NCBI GenBank assembly: GCA_965218585.1
Contig: CBDCLE010000024.1
Coordinates: 288,001 to 352,000, forward strand
Reading direction: 5' to 3'
From: Terriglobia bacterium
GTDB lineage: Bacteria > Acidobacteriota > Terriglobia > 20CM-2-55-15
DNA length: 64,000 bases
The notes under the pieces are model-generated. The model was not told the origin of the DNA. It searched no databases and worked only from the letters and a program-made list of their open reading frames with translations. Position 1 is the first letter of the stretch; every line of letters starts with the position of its first letter. Below, one piece after another: positions 31,355 to 41,082 of this stretch. Position numbers and translations under genes: made by a program.

Positions 31355-32212
31355 TTAAGTGCCGCTCTTGAGAAACGTCCCGTTCTGCATTTCCTTGAAC
31401 GCCTGCATCAGTTCTTCTTGTGTATTCATCACAAAAGGTCCGTAGCGTGCGACGGGCTCCCCGATGGGTTTGGCCGCAAGCAGAATGAACCGCATGGCGG
31501 AGTCCTTCGTTACCGCTTCGACGCCCTCACCATCACTGAGAACGACGAGGTTGCTCATCGGTGTGGGAGCGCCGCTGGTGTCGGTCTGTCCGATGTATCC
31601 ACTGCCCTCAAAAATGTAGGCGAACGCGTTATGGCCGGCCGGGATCGGATGCGTGAAGCGTGAGTCAGGCTCCAGGGAAATATCCAGGTAGGTGGGATCG
31701 GTCACGATTCCCTCGATCGGGCCACGCTGACCGTCGACCTCTCCCGCCAGGACCCGTACAACGGCGCTCTGGTTAGAAACCTCCGGCACCTGTCCGGGCG
31801 GAATGTCCTGATAGCGAGGTTCGGTCATCTTCTCACTTGCCGGGAGATTGACCCATAGCTGAAAGCCCCACATCAACCCCTCTTCCTGTTTGGGCATTTC
31901 TGAATGTACGATGCCGCGTCCGGCCGTCATCCATTGGATGCTGCCCGCTTCAAGGTTTCCCTGGAGACCGGTATGGTCGCGGTGTTCCATTCTTCCGGCG
32001 AGCATGTACGTGACGGTTTCAAAGCCCCGATGCGGGTGATCCGGAAACCCGGCGATGTAGTCCCCGGGTTGATCGGACCTGAATTCGTCAAGAAGGAGGA
32101 AAGGATCCAGGTGATCCAGGGCCATTGTTCCGATGCTGCGCTTGAGTCGAACGCCTGCGCCGTCTGAAGTTTCCTGGCCGGGTATTGTCCGGACGGCAGT
32201 ACGGAGTTGCAT
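31355..32212 (-). CDS. Pirin family protein
   Basis: DPFLLLDEF, GFPDHPHRGFETVTY, WMTAGRGIVHSEMP, YGPFVMN. Confidence 0.93.
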   Translation of the reverse strand: MQLRTAVRTIPGQETSDGAGVRLKRSIGTMALDHLDPFLLLDEFRSDQPGDYIAGFPDHPHRGFETVTYMLAGRMEHRDHTGLQGNLEAGSIQWMTAGRGIVHSEMPKQEEGLMWGFQLWVNLPASEKMTEPRYQDIPPGQVPEVSNQSAVVRVLAGEVDGQRGPIEGIVTDPTYLDISLEPDSRFTHPIPAGHNAFAYIFEGSGYIGQTDTSGAPTPMSNLVVLSDGEGVEAVTKDSAMRFILLAAKPIGEPVARYGPFVMNTQEELMQAFKEMQNGTFLKSGT

Positions 32213-32374
32213 GTGTAGTCTCCCTATGAGGATGATGAGGCTGTTTTAAATAGAATCGCCTTATTTCACAATATACTACAGCCTGGGAACGGATGCCTGG
32301 AAGGCATATATGCTCAATTGGGGCAGGGAAGTACCCCTTGCCCCGGGAGTCGAATTCTTTCTTTAAGGTCAGCG

Positions 32375-32827
32375 ATGATGCGGGACGGATCAGATCAGTT
32401 CGAAGAGTCACTGGCCATGGCGAATGGAGAGATCCGCCAGCTCAAGGCTACCGTCAACGCGTTGCGGGATGAACTAGAGAAGTTTCGGATAGCTGAAGAT
32501 GAGCGGACGCAGAAGACCGTTGCGGGCGCGAACACCGAAATCAGCCAATTGAAGGATACGATCAACGCCTTGCGGGATGAGCTCGAACAGCGCCGCATAG
32601 GGGAAGAGGAACGAACCGAACGGGCTGTGGCCCAGGCCAACGATGAGGTCACGCAGCTCCGGAATACTGTCAATGCTTTACGGGATACACTGGAAGCCAA
32701 CCGGTTGGAATCAGAGGATAGGGTGCAGAACTTGGAACGGGGGTACCATAACGAGACAGCCCAGCTTCAAGATACGATTTCAGTCCTGAGGCAGCAACTG
32801 GAAGAGATCCATGCGCGATCTAAGTGA
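32375..32827 (+). CDS. Coiled-coil protein built from 36-aa repeats
   Basis: About four copies of (A/H)NxExxQLxxTxxxLRxxLE spaced 36 aa apart; overlaps the cyclase start. Confidence 0.75.
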   Translation: MMRDGSDQFEESLAMANGEIRQLKATVNALRDELEKFRIAEDERTQKTVAGANTEISQLKDTINALRDELEQRRIGEEERTERAVAQANDEVTQLRNTVNALRDTLEANRLESEDRVQNLERGYHNETAQLQDTISVLRQQLEEIHARSK

Positions 32828-35087
32828 CCCAAAAGAAGCGGCCGCCGTACGTCGCCCCACGTCCCCGTCTCCGGAACTGCTTCTGAGCGTTTCGAACCGC
32901 CTGGCACTTTCCAGAACCCTGACCGAGGCTCTCGACACCCTGGTCGAGTTGACAACGACGACGGTCGGAGCCAAACGCGGATCGATCTTCCTGAACGATC
33001 CCACGAGCGAGGAGCTCTACACCCGAGTCGCGGACGGGAAGTTCAGTCGCGAGGTCCGGATATTGAACACGGTGGGTATTGCCGGGCACGTTTTTTCGAG
33101 CTGCGAAGGTGCTGTTATCAACGATGCCTATGCGGATGAGAGATTCAATCCCGAGATCGACAGCAAGACCGGTTTTACGACGAAAAGCATCCTCTGTGCT
33201 CCGCTGCTGACGCTTCGCGGCGAGAAGATTGGAGTCTCCCAGCTTCTCAACAAGAAAGACGGGAAGTTTACAGAGCAAGATCTGGCTCTGCTCGAAGCCA
33301 TGATCGAGCAGGCTGCGATTGCCCTCGAGAATCTGCGTACGGTCGAGGAGGTTGAAAGCTCTCGGTAGCAAGAACTGGAATTCCTCAACGTCGTTTCGGA
33401 AGTGTCGTCCGAGCTCAAGCTCGGCCCCCTGCTTCAGAAGCTGATCGGGACCGTCACGCGAATGTTGGACTCGGAGCGATCGACTCTGTTCATCAACGAC
33501 GAAAAAACGAACGAGCTGTTCACGTTGATTGGCGAGGGCCTCGGCACTACCCAGATCAGGCTTCCCAACACGGCCGGCATTGCCGGCACTGTTTTCACTT
33601 CGTGCGAGAGCATGAATATCCCGCATGCCTATGCGGACCTCAGGTTCAATCCCAGCTTCGACCGACAGACCGGTTTCTTCACCCGCTCCATCCTCTGCGT
33701 GCCGGTGATCAACAAGGAAGGCAAGGCAATTGGCGTCACTCAGGTCCTGAATAAGAGGGGTGGGCCGTTCACAGAGGAGGACGAAGCCCGGCTCAAGGCT
33801 TTTACGTCGCAGATCTCCATCGGCATAGAAAACGCCAAGCTCTTCGATGACGTTCAGAACATGAAGAACTACAACGAGAGCATGCTCGAGAGTATGTCCA
33901 GCGGTGTCGTTACGATGAACGAGGACGGAGTAATTCTGACGTGCAATAAGGCCGGGCTCGAGATCATGAGAGTCGACGAAATCGAAATTCTGCTCAAGCC
34001 TGCGGAGGAGTTTTTCGTTGAACAGAACGCCTGGATAATTGAAAAGATTACCCGGGTCGTCGAAGAGGAAACCCAGGAAGTCGTCATGGATACCGAGATG
34101 GAATTCGGTGAGGAGACGGTTTCCGCCAACGTGACTCTCATGCCTTTGATCAGCGCGAATGAGAAGAAGCTGGGTTCCATGATCATGATCGAAGACATCA
34201 GCGGCGAGAAACGGATGAAGTCTACGATGTCCCGATACATGGACGCATCTCTGGCCGACAGGCTTCTCGAGGAGGATGAAGACATCCTGGGCGGGCATAG
34301 CAGTGTGGCGACGGTATTGTTTTCCAACATCCGTAGTTTTACTTCTTTTACAGAGGAGCTTGGCGCTCAAGCGACAGTCGCATTGCTGAACGAGTACTTC
34401 ACGCTGATGGTGGAGTGCATCCAGGATCAGGGCGGGATGCTGGACAAGTTCATCGGCGATGCAATCATGGCAGTGTTCGGTACGCCGCTGGCCCACGAAG
34501 ACGATCCGGATCGGGCTGTTCGGGCCGCGATCGACATGATGCGCGCTCTCGAGGGATTCAACAGGGAAAGGGAGGCGGAAGCTCTCAAGCCTGTGGATAT
34601 CGGCGTGGGCATCAACACGGACTCGATCGTATCGGGAAACATCGGCTCGCCCAAACGTATGGACTACACGGTGATCGGGGACGGGGTCAATTTGGCCTCA
34701 CGCCTTGAAAGCGCCTGTAAGCAGTACGGAGCGCGCGTCCTGGTCAGCGAATATACGTACAAACAGTTGAAAGGCACGTATCGTGCCCGTGAAGTCGACC
34801 GCGTGATCGTTAAAGGCAAGACGCAACCTGTAGACGTTTTCGAGATCCTCGACTATCACACCGAAGAGTCGTTCCCGAACATCATCGAAACGCTCGGTCA
34901 TTTCCGGGATGGGGTCCAGTATTACCGCCGTCAGCAGTGGGACAAAGCCGAGAAGGCGTTCAACGAAGCCATCGCCCTGGGGCCTTCTGACCTTCTGTCG
35001 AAGCTCTATCTGGAGCGCTGCGAGCAATTGCGATCGGACCCGCCAGCCGAGGATTGGGACGGTGTCTGGGTCATGACTTCGAAGTAG
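32811..35087 (+). pseudogene. GAF-GAF-PAS class III adenylate cyclase with an in-frame TAG at 33366-33368
   Basis: ORFs 32811-33368 and 33402-35087 share a frame (VESSR*QELEFLNVVSEVSSELK). Two GAF domains with NK..G.F...D; DKFIGDAIMA; DYTVIGDGVNLASRLE; VKGK; TPR-like tail. Confidence 0.85.
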
Positions 35088-35207
35088 CCAATCCCGCCGG
35101 TACGCCTAAGTTCCGATCCTGAACCCTGGTTCCAATGATGGAGCCCATCGTCCCGGCTCCGACAATTCCAATACCTAACATGTCTTAACGAAAAGTGTGG
35201 GGGGTTG

Positions 35208-36536
35208 CTAGCGCGTCAGCCTGTATATGAGGATCGCGGCTCTCTGAATAGCCGGGACGATAGAGGTAAGGTCGAGCGTTTCTTCCACCGTATGTCCGTC
35301 CTCGCCTTGCGGGCCGAGTCCATCGATCGCAGCTCCCACGTTGGGGGCGACAAACGACACGTCTGCAGCGCCCCTCTCGGAAGGATCTTCGGGCCGTACG
35401 GGCCGGTAGCCGAGAGCTTCACTTATTGCGCTGTAGTCTCCGAGCAACGCATAGTTGTCCTCGGTCGGTGTCATCGCGGGGTAACCGGGACTAAACGTGA
35501 GGGCTGCGCTCGTCTCGGGCAGATTGTCTTCGACGATTGCACTCATTCGCTCCTGGGCGCTTTCCAACTGGTCTGTGGAGATGGTTCGTAAGTCACCCTC
35601 CAGGATCAGGCGCTGGGCGACGACGTTGGTCTTGCCGCCGGCGGTGCCCGTGCTGGTGGACGGATCGTAGTCGACATCGGTCCCACCAAGAATAACGCCG
35701 ACGTTGAACGTGAGGTATTCCTCGCCACGAATCTGACTGTAGAAGGCGTTCAGGATACGCGAGGCTTCGTAGACCGCGCCGGCGCCGACGGTGTCACGGA
35801 AGATCTGGGAAGAGTGGGAGGGCGTGCCCGTTACTTCAAGAGACCAGTTGGCAGCTCCCCGCCGGGCAACGACACCGATGTTACTCTGATCGTCCGCAGA
35901 GCCTCCTTCAAAGCCCAGCGCGATGTCGCTCTCCCTCCCGAAGTCGATCAGCGCCTCTTTGGCGACCGACAGAGGAAGTCCCGGTCGTTCTTCTTCGCCG
36001 GTAAAGATGACGCGTATGGTGGTGTCTTCGAGCGCACCCACTTCGGCGAGTGCCTTGAGGGCGAAGAGCAGGACAACGTTACCCCCTTTCATGTCCGACA
36101 CCCCGGGGCCCCTCGCCACGTCCCCTTCGCGCGTGAATCGTTGAAAAGGGCTGTCGGGTTCGAAGACGGTGTCCAGATGGCCGATCAGCAGGACGGACCG
36201 GCCCCGATTGCCCTCACGTTCAGCGACAAGGTGTCCTGCCCGGTTTATCGTCTCGGGGAGCGGAAGCCAGCGGGCGTCGAATCCCAGCATGTCCAGTTCA
36301 GGTTCGAGGACGTCGGAAACTGCCTTGACGCCCTCAGGATTCAGCGTCCCACTGTTGATGTTTACAGTGGTTTCGAGAAGTTCGAGCGCTTCCGGGAGAT
36401 GCTCTTCGGCGTATTCGGCGATCTGCCGCTCGATGTCAGACAGTTGAGCCGTAACCCCTGCTAAAGGAACGAGCAGAGAGAACAGGAACGAAACGAAGCA
36501 GCCTCTGGAAATCGATCGCATGGTTTTGATTATCAA
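35208..36536 (-). CDS. M20 family peptidase (glutamate carboxypeptidase-like), secreted
   Basis: IGHLDTVF, GPGVSDMKGG, GEEE, GKTNVV, DGLGPxGxxGHTxEE. Confidence 0.9.
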   Translation of the reverse strand: MIIKTMRSISRGCFVSFLFSLLVPLAGVTAQLSDIERQIAEYAEEHLPEALELLETTVNINSGTLNPEGVKAVSDVLEPELDMLGFDARWLPLPETINRAGHLVAEREGNRGRSVLLIGHLDTVFEPDSPFQRFTREGDVARGPGVSDMKGGNVVLLFALKALAEVGALEDTTIRVIFTGEEERPGLPLSVAKEALIDFGRESDIALGFEGGSADDQSNIGVVARRGAANWSLEVTGTPSHSSQIFRDTVGAGAVYEASRILNAFYSQIRGEEYLTFNVGVILGGTDVDYDPSTSTGTAGGKTNVVAQRLILEGDLRTISTDQLESAQERMSAIVEDNLPETSAALTFSPGYPAMTPTEDNYALLGDYSAISEALGYRPVRPEDPSERGAADVSFVAPNVGAAIDGLGPQGEDGHTVEETLDLTSIVPAIQRAAILIYRLTR

Positions 36537-36554
36537 TGGCGGCGGTTCGTCCGT

Positions 36555-37157
36555 CTAGAGCTTTTCCATCTCCCAGAGAACCACGTCGCTGTCCTTCGGA
36601 ACGAAGATGCCACCACCACAGTTGATGAAGTGTCGGCCGATCGCCTTTCTGTACCACTCCGTTTCATACCGATGCATCGTGTTGTCCGTTCGTTCGGGAT
36701 CGCAGTTGTCCTTGTCCCAATCCTGGGCCGTCAACATCTGCAAATACGCTGCACCCCGGCAGTGCCGGGCGATATTGGCCAGCGCGTCCCGAATTCCCCG
36801 CCGCGTCAGATAGGGAAGGACATCCTGGCAGATCACCAGGTCGTATTTATGCCGGGAGCTGAAATCGGTGACCGATGATTCTATCCATCCAAACTGCTTA
36901 CACAAATAAGGGGAAACATCGGCGCCTGTGTAGCGGGCCCGCGGATCGTAGGTGGCCAGTGCACCCTTCCAGCGGCCCAGACCACAACCGAGATCGAGGA
37001 CTTCCCGGAGTGGAATCTCCAGGTACTCGAGGTAGCCGAGGACGAATTTCGAAAGACGGGAGAATTCTTCCGGGCTCGAGGCACGGGTGTCCGCACTCTG
37101 GTAGAAGCGTTCGAAGAACTCGCGGTCGAATTTGCCGGGGTCGGGTTTGTTGCTCAC
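36555..37157 (-). CDS. Class I SAM-dependent methyltransferase
   Basis: VLDLGCGLG and YDLVICQDVLPY. The TTG-start N-terminal extension is REP-derived, so GTG at 37157 is the likelier start. Confidence 0.85.
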   Translation of the reverse strand: MSNKPDPGKFDREFFERFYQSADTRASSPEEFSRLSKFVLGYLEYLEIPLREVLDLGCGLGRWKGALATYDPRARYTGADVSPYLCKQFGWIESSVTDFSSRHKYDLVICQDVLPYLTRRGIRDALANIARHCRGAAYLQMLTAQDWDKDNCDPERTDNTMHRYETEWYRKAIGRHFINCGGGIFVPKDSDVVLWEMEKL

Positions 37158-37167
37158 AGGAACCTTG

Positions 37168-37192
37168 CTGTAGGCGCGGTCTTTGACCGCAC
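37168..37192. repeat. GTAG-type REP copy
   Basis: CTGTAGGCGCGGTCTTTGACCGCAC, nearly identical to the 15332 copy. Confidence 0.7.
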
Positions 37193-37297
37193 GGCTCAAA
37201 GTACACAGCCCTCAAGGCATGGGGTATCGGCCGAAGGACGATGGACCGCCCCATGCTAGTGAGGTGGCGTACCTAACAGACCCAGATTCCATGGGTC

Positions 37298-37750
37298 CTA
37301 CTCATTCTGGGTGCGGCTGGGTTGAGACGCGGAATCCTGGGTTGAGACGTCCTCGGAATCTTCCGGGCTGCTGCGGCTTTGTCCGTCGAACCGGCCTCCC
37401 GCTTCGACGACCAGTTGCGGCGTTCGGATGTCGCCCCGTACCCGGCCCGTTGAAAATATCTGGACACCCCGACTGCAATCGATGTTGCCGGAAACAGCCC
37501 CATGAACCTCGACCTCGCCTGCTTTGATATCGGCGTGAATCGAGGCACGCTCACCGATGACCAGAGTGTCGGAAGTTTTGATCGATCCCTGAACGTGGCC
37601 ATCAACGCGGACCGTTCCCGAAAAAACGAGTTCTCCGCTCAGAGAGGTTCCTTCATCGAGGAAGCCTTTAAAATCATCCGATCCTGAATTCGGTTTGAAC
37701 TTCAAGCTTTTCTCCCGACCATGATCCGTCAGGTATTGTGAAACGATCAT
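37298..37750 (-). CDS. Bactofilin (polymer-forming cytoskeletal protein)
   Basis: LDEGTSLSGELVFSGTVRVDGHVQGSI...VIGERASIHADI...GRVRGDI...VEAGGRFDG; GGAGG RBS. Confidence 0.9.
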   Translation of the reverse strand: MIVSQYLTDHGREKSLKFKPNSGSDDFKGFLDEGTSLSGELVFSGTVRVDGHVQGSIKTSDTLVIGERASIHADIKAGEVEVHGAVSGNIDCSRGVQIFSTGRVRGDIRTPQLVVEAGGRFDGQSRSSPEDSEDVSTQDSASQPSRTQNE

Positions 37751-38121
37751 CCTCCGGAGTCAAACCGGGCCCGGGTTTTGCGGCTCCCCCGATGACGTGT
37801 GCGGGTTGAGGTGAGAAGACCCGGCCCTTTTGTCATAGAGGCTCTTTTGGGGTGGTGATAGACTTTGAATATGATTCTCAAGCTGAAGGGTTTCTTTGAC
37901 GCGATTGGCAACTTCCTGGCCGAATACTACAATCGCCCTCCTGCCTGCTGTGCCTCCGGAGGGCTCAGCCGCGACCAGCTTGAAGGCCGGCGTCCTTCTT
38001 CCGAGAAATCTCCCAACTCCCTTATCTGAACTGAAGTGTTTCTCCAGGTGCGGTCTGTGAGCGTATGACGGTATTCGATTGTGGTGCGCTTATAGAAGCT
38101 GTGAATAAATGACTATCAGCG

Positions 38122-38188
38122 ACTGTAGGGGCGGTCTATGACCGCCCAGATCGATTTCTTGTGGGCGCCGATAGAGCGCCCCTACAGT
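38122..38188. repeat. GTAG-type REP doublet (REPIN)
   Basis: ACTGTAGGGGCGGTCTATGACCGCCC ... GGGCGCCGATAGAGCGCCCCTACAGT in inverted orientation. Confidence 0.78.
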
Positions 38189-38247
38189 AGGAAGGCCCTT
38201 TGTCAGGTGACCGCCTCTGCCACATGACGGAGGCGGTTACCCGGAGC

Positions 38248-39135
38248 TTAGCGGAGATGTTCGTTGAAGTGGGCGATCGTGCGCTCCCACGCCAGGTTGG
38301 CTTGTGACTCGACGAATCGGGGTGTTGAGTCGTTGTGGAATCCGTGCATCGTGTTCGGGTACGTGTGCATTTCGTAGTCCACGTTGTTCGCCTGGAGTGC
38401 CTCTTCATAAGCCGGCCACGCAGAGTTGATCCTGTCGTCGTCGGAAGCGTACTGGATCATCATTGCCGCATTGATCCGTGAAACGTCAGCCGGAGCCGGA
38501 GCGGCACCGTAGAAGGGAACACCCGCGCCCAGTTCGGGAACCCGAACCGCCAGAGTGTTGACCATCCCACCGCCGAAGCAGAAGCCGACTGCGCCAACCC
38601 GGCCTGTCGATTCGTCATGGTTGATGAGGAAATTCGCCCCAGCAACAAAGTCTTCGGTCATTTCCTGGCGGTCACGTGAAGACTGCATCCGACGACCGTC
38701 GTCGTCGTTGCCCGGGTAGCCGCCGAGTGGATAAAGGGCGTCCGGCCCAAAAGTGATGAACCCCGCGATTGCGCCTCGGCGGACGACATCCCTGACATAG
38801 GGATTCAGCCCCCGGTTTTCGTGAACGACAAGAATTCCCGGCCACGGACCGTTTCCGTTCGTTGGTCTGGCCATGTACCCTCGCATGGTCCCGGCACCCT
38901 GAGGTGAGGGATATTCGACGTACTCGGCGCGCATCCGTTCGTCGGTAAAAGACACCTGTTGCGCCATGGCGTAGTTGGGGCTGAGGCTGTCCAATATCAT
39001 CGCAGCGGTCACTCCGCCGACGGCATACTTGGCTGCTCCGTCGAGGAATCCTCTGCGATCGATCATTCCGTGAACATAACGATCGAAAAGTGCCAGAACC
39101 TCCGGGTTAAAATCCTTAGCTTTTTGTCGTTCCAT
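38248..39135 (-). CDS. Dienelactone hydrolase family protein (YghX-like)
   Basis: YVHGMIDRRGFL, VVHENRGLNP, VGFCFGG, HGFHNDSTPRF. Confidence 0.9.
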   Translation of the reverse strand: MERQKAKDFNPEVLALFDRYVHGMIDRRGFLDGAAKYAVGGVTAAMILDSLSPNYAMAQQVSFTDERMRAEYVEYPSPQGAGTMRGYMARPTNGNGPWPGILVVHENRGLNPYVRDVVRRGAIAGFITFGPDALYPLGGYPGNDDDGRRMQSSRDRQEMTEDFVAGANFLINHDESTGRVGAVGFCFGGGMVNTLAVRVPELGAGVPFYGAAPAPADVSRINAAMMIQYASDDDRINSAWPAYEEALQANNVDYEMHTYPNTMHGFHNDSTPRFVESQANLAWERTIAHFNEHLR

Positions 39136-39451
39136 GTGTGTGGCTCCTTAAGATTTGCGGGCGCATCGGTCCGCGTCCCGCTGTTTTAGAATTTAGCGTT
39201 TAGGTATTGCGGGTTCCCGCCTCAGCCGTCCGACGATAGGCGGCGTAGTTGTTACTCGCTTGCAACCCATAAACGAACGGATTCGCCGCTTGTCGAAAAA
39301 AGCTGGGCAAAATCATACCGATTTTTCCTATCGGACACACCGTAAATCGAACAATTGTCGAGACGCTCACCCCAACCGACCCTCGCCCTGAAGTCGTCGT
39401 TCGAAGTCAGGCTGATCTCGGAGAAAGGGAGGAAGGACCTCGTCGGTCTTA

Positions 39452-39976
39452 TCAGAAAATTCCCAGGGGGCGATAAAAAGTGATCAATCGTCCGCAGGTG
39501 ATGATCGCCAGCCACAGGACCAGCGAAACTCCACCGATTATCCTGGCGATCTTCGGGGTCTGCCCACCGACTTCGACACCTGCGACGTCGCGATAGGTGG
39601 TGGTGTAGAAGATGAGCACGTTGATGCCTGTCAGGAACATGAAAATCATCTTGAGTTGAAACGCGGCGTTGTACATGTACTGATCCGGCTCACCTGTGAA
39701 AAAGAGGCTTCCCGTGATCATGTTCATTCCGTAGCCGAGAATACCAACGGGCACGAGTCTGTGCAACGTCTCTGGTTTGATGTTCTTAAAGAGTCCCAGC
39801 AGTCGCAGATCGAACAATCCAACGGTACCGATCAGAAGCGAGAGCCCCATAAAGTGGAGTGATTCGAGGATAGGCCACAAGTACGGGCTGCCTGTGACCC
39901 ACATCGACAACGCACTGTTGTCGAGCCAGAGTCGGAAGGATGTGACGATTTCAACAGACAGTAGAAAGTCGGTCAT
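39452..39976 (-). CDS. DUF6644-like multi-TM membrane protein (copy B)
   Basis: WPILESLHFMGLSLLIG...DLRLLG, TGSLFF...P..Y..N.AF.LKM, SLVLW.....GRLI. Confidence 0.75.
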   Translation of the reverse strand: MTDFLLSVEIVTSFRLWLDNSALSMWVTGSPYLWPILESLHFMGLSLLIGTVGLFDLRLLGLFKNIKPETLHRLVPVGILGYGMNMITGSLFFTGEPDQYMYNAAFQLKMIFMFLTGINVLIFYTTTYRDVAGVEVGGQTPKIARIIGGVSLVLWLAIITCGRLITFYRPLGIF

Positions 39977-39986
39977 TGACAGTTCA

Positions 39987-40490
39987 TTAGAAAAAGAAAA
40001 TGTCTTCGCTTGTCAGGCGGCTATAGGTGTAGGCCAGCAGACGCCCAGCTGTTGTCGCAGAAGCCCAGAGAAAGAGCGATGTGCCAGCCATAATCTTCAC
40101 CTTCTTCGGAACAAGGCCATCAGAATCAGGGTTGCGAATATGCCTTCTCAACTGTCTCAGAAGGAGGAGGGCTGCCGCAATGAGAACGAGTTTCAGGTAG
40201 AACACCGGGTTCGTGAAGGCTTTTACCGGATATGCAATGAGCAAGGCGATCCCGGACAGGACGTTGACGAAGAGTCCGAACCACATGACGGGGAACACAC
40301 GATCCAGGGAACGTAGAGGGATCGATTGGGCCAAGCCGAGGATTCTGACGTTGATGGCGGCATTGGTACCGACCAGAAAGGCCATGCCAAAGGCATGGAG
40401 TGTCAGCGGCAGGGGAAACGCCAACATCGAGGATGACTCGCGGAGCCAGCTGCCGAAGGCACTCTGTTCGAACCAGATCAGGATATCCAT
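39987..40490 (-). CDS. DUF6644-like multi-TM membrane protein (copy A)
   Basis: FPLPLTLHAFGMAFLVG...VRILG, SGIALL..YP...FTNPVFYLKL, SLFLW.....GRLLAY; paralog of the adjacent gene. Confidence 0.75.
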   Translation of the reverse strand: MDILIWFEQSAFGSWLRESSSMLAFPLPLTLHAFGMAFLVGTNAAINVRILGLAQSIPLRSLDRVFPVMWFGLFVNVLSGIALLIAYPVKAFTNPVFYLKLVLIAAALLLLRQLRRHIRNPDSDGLVPKKVKIMAGTSLFLWASATTAGRLLAYTYSRLTSEDIFFF

Positions 40491-40574
40491 TTAGTTGCCA
40501 CTCGTGAGGCCGCGGCAATGGTATCGGAAGCCGGGGGGGGAGATCAACGCTGTCGGGCGAATATTGCTAGGCCG

Positions 40575-40958
40575 TCAGGGTCGGCTTCGAATCCAAGTCC
40601 ACCCGTCCGAAGGACGTTCGATGCCTTTCAAATGGATCTTGTGCTCCGCGGGGTTTCGACCCGGACTGCCGGTGAGGATTATCCAGTCGCCCGCCTTTAG
40701 AGTGTTTTCGTTCACTCCGGCTCTGCCGAGCCGGTTGACGTTGGCCCATTCTGCCGCAAACATCTGCATCTCACCGTCTTCGTCGGGTGCCATTACGTAA
40801 ATCCATGCGTGGGGACTTCTCAGGGTGAACTCGAAGAGCTCACCTTCTACCGAAACTAACCGATCTTCAAAATAGAAACGGGCGAACGAATGGTGTGCGT
40901 ATGCGGGGATGCCCACAGCGAGAGTGAGAAGAACCAGGCCCGTCAACAGACGTTTCAT
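40575..40958 (-). CDS. DUF6152-like small secreted protein, mature N-terminus HHS (copy 1)
   Basis: Signal peptide ending AYA, then HHSFARFY...RSPHAWIYV...AAEW...LKAGD. Confidence 0.8.
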   Translation of the reverse strand: MKRLLTGLVLLTLAVGIPAYAHHSFARFYFEDRLVSVEGELFEFTLRSPHAWIYVMAPDEDGEMQMFAAEWANVNRLGRAGVNENTLKAGDWIILTGSPGRNPAEHKIHLKGIERPSDGWTWIRSRP

Positions 40959-41082
40959 GCGCTTGCTCTCTTCAGCCAGCATGCTCTTAGCTTAATACCG
41001 ACCGAGGAAAACGGAAAAGCCAAAAACAGATAAATCCCTGCAGACGACCACTTAGGGAAGCGTCCGTTGCGGGGGAGTCTGC

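Noticed and set aside
33366-33368. Pyrrolysine or other stop-codon recoding
   Set aside because: TAG and TGA both end many normal genes here, no pyl or sel genes are in the window, and the gene has a second lesion.
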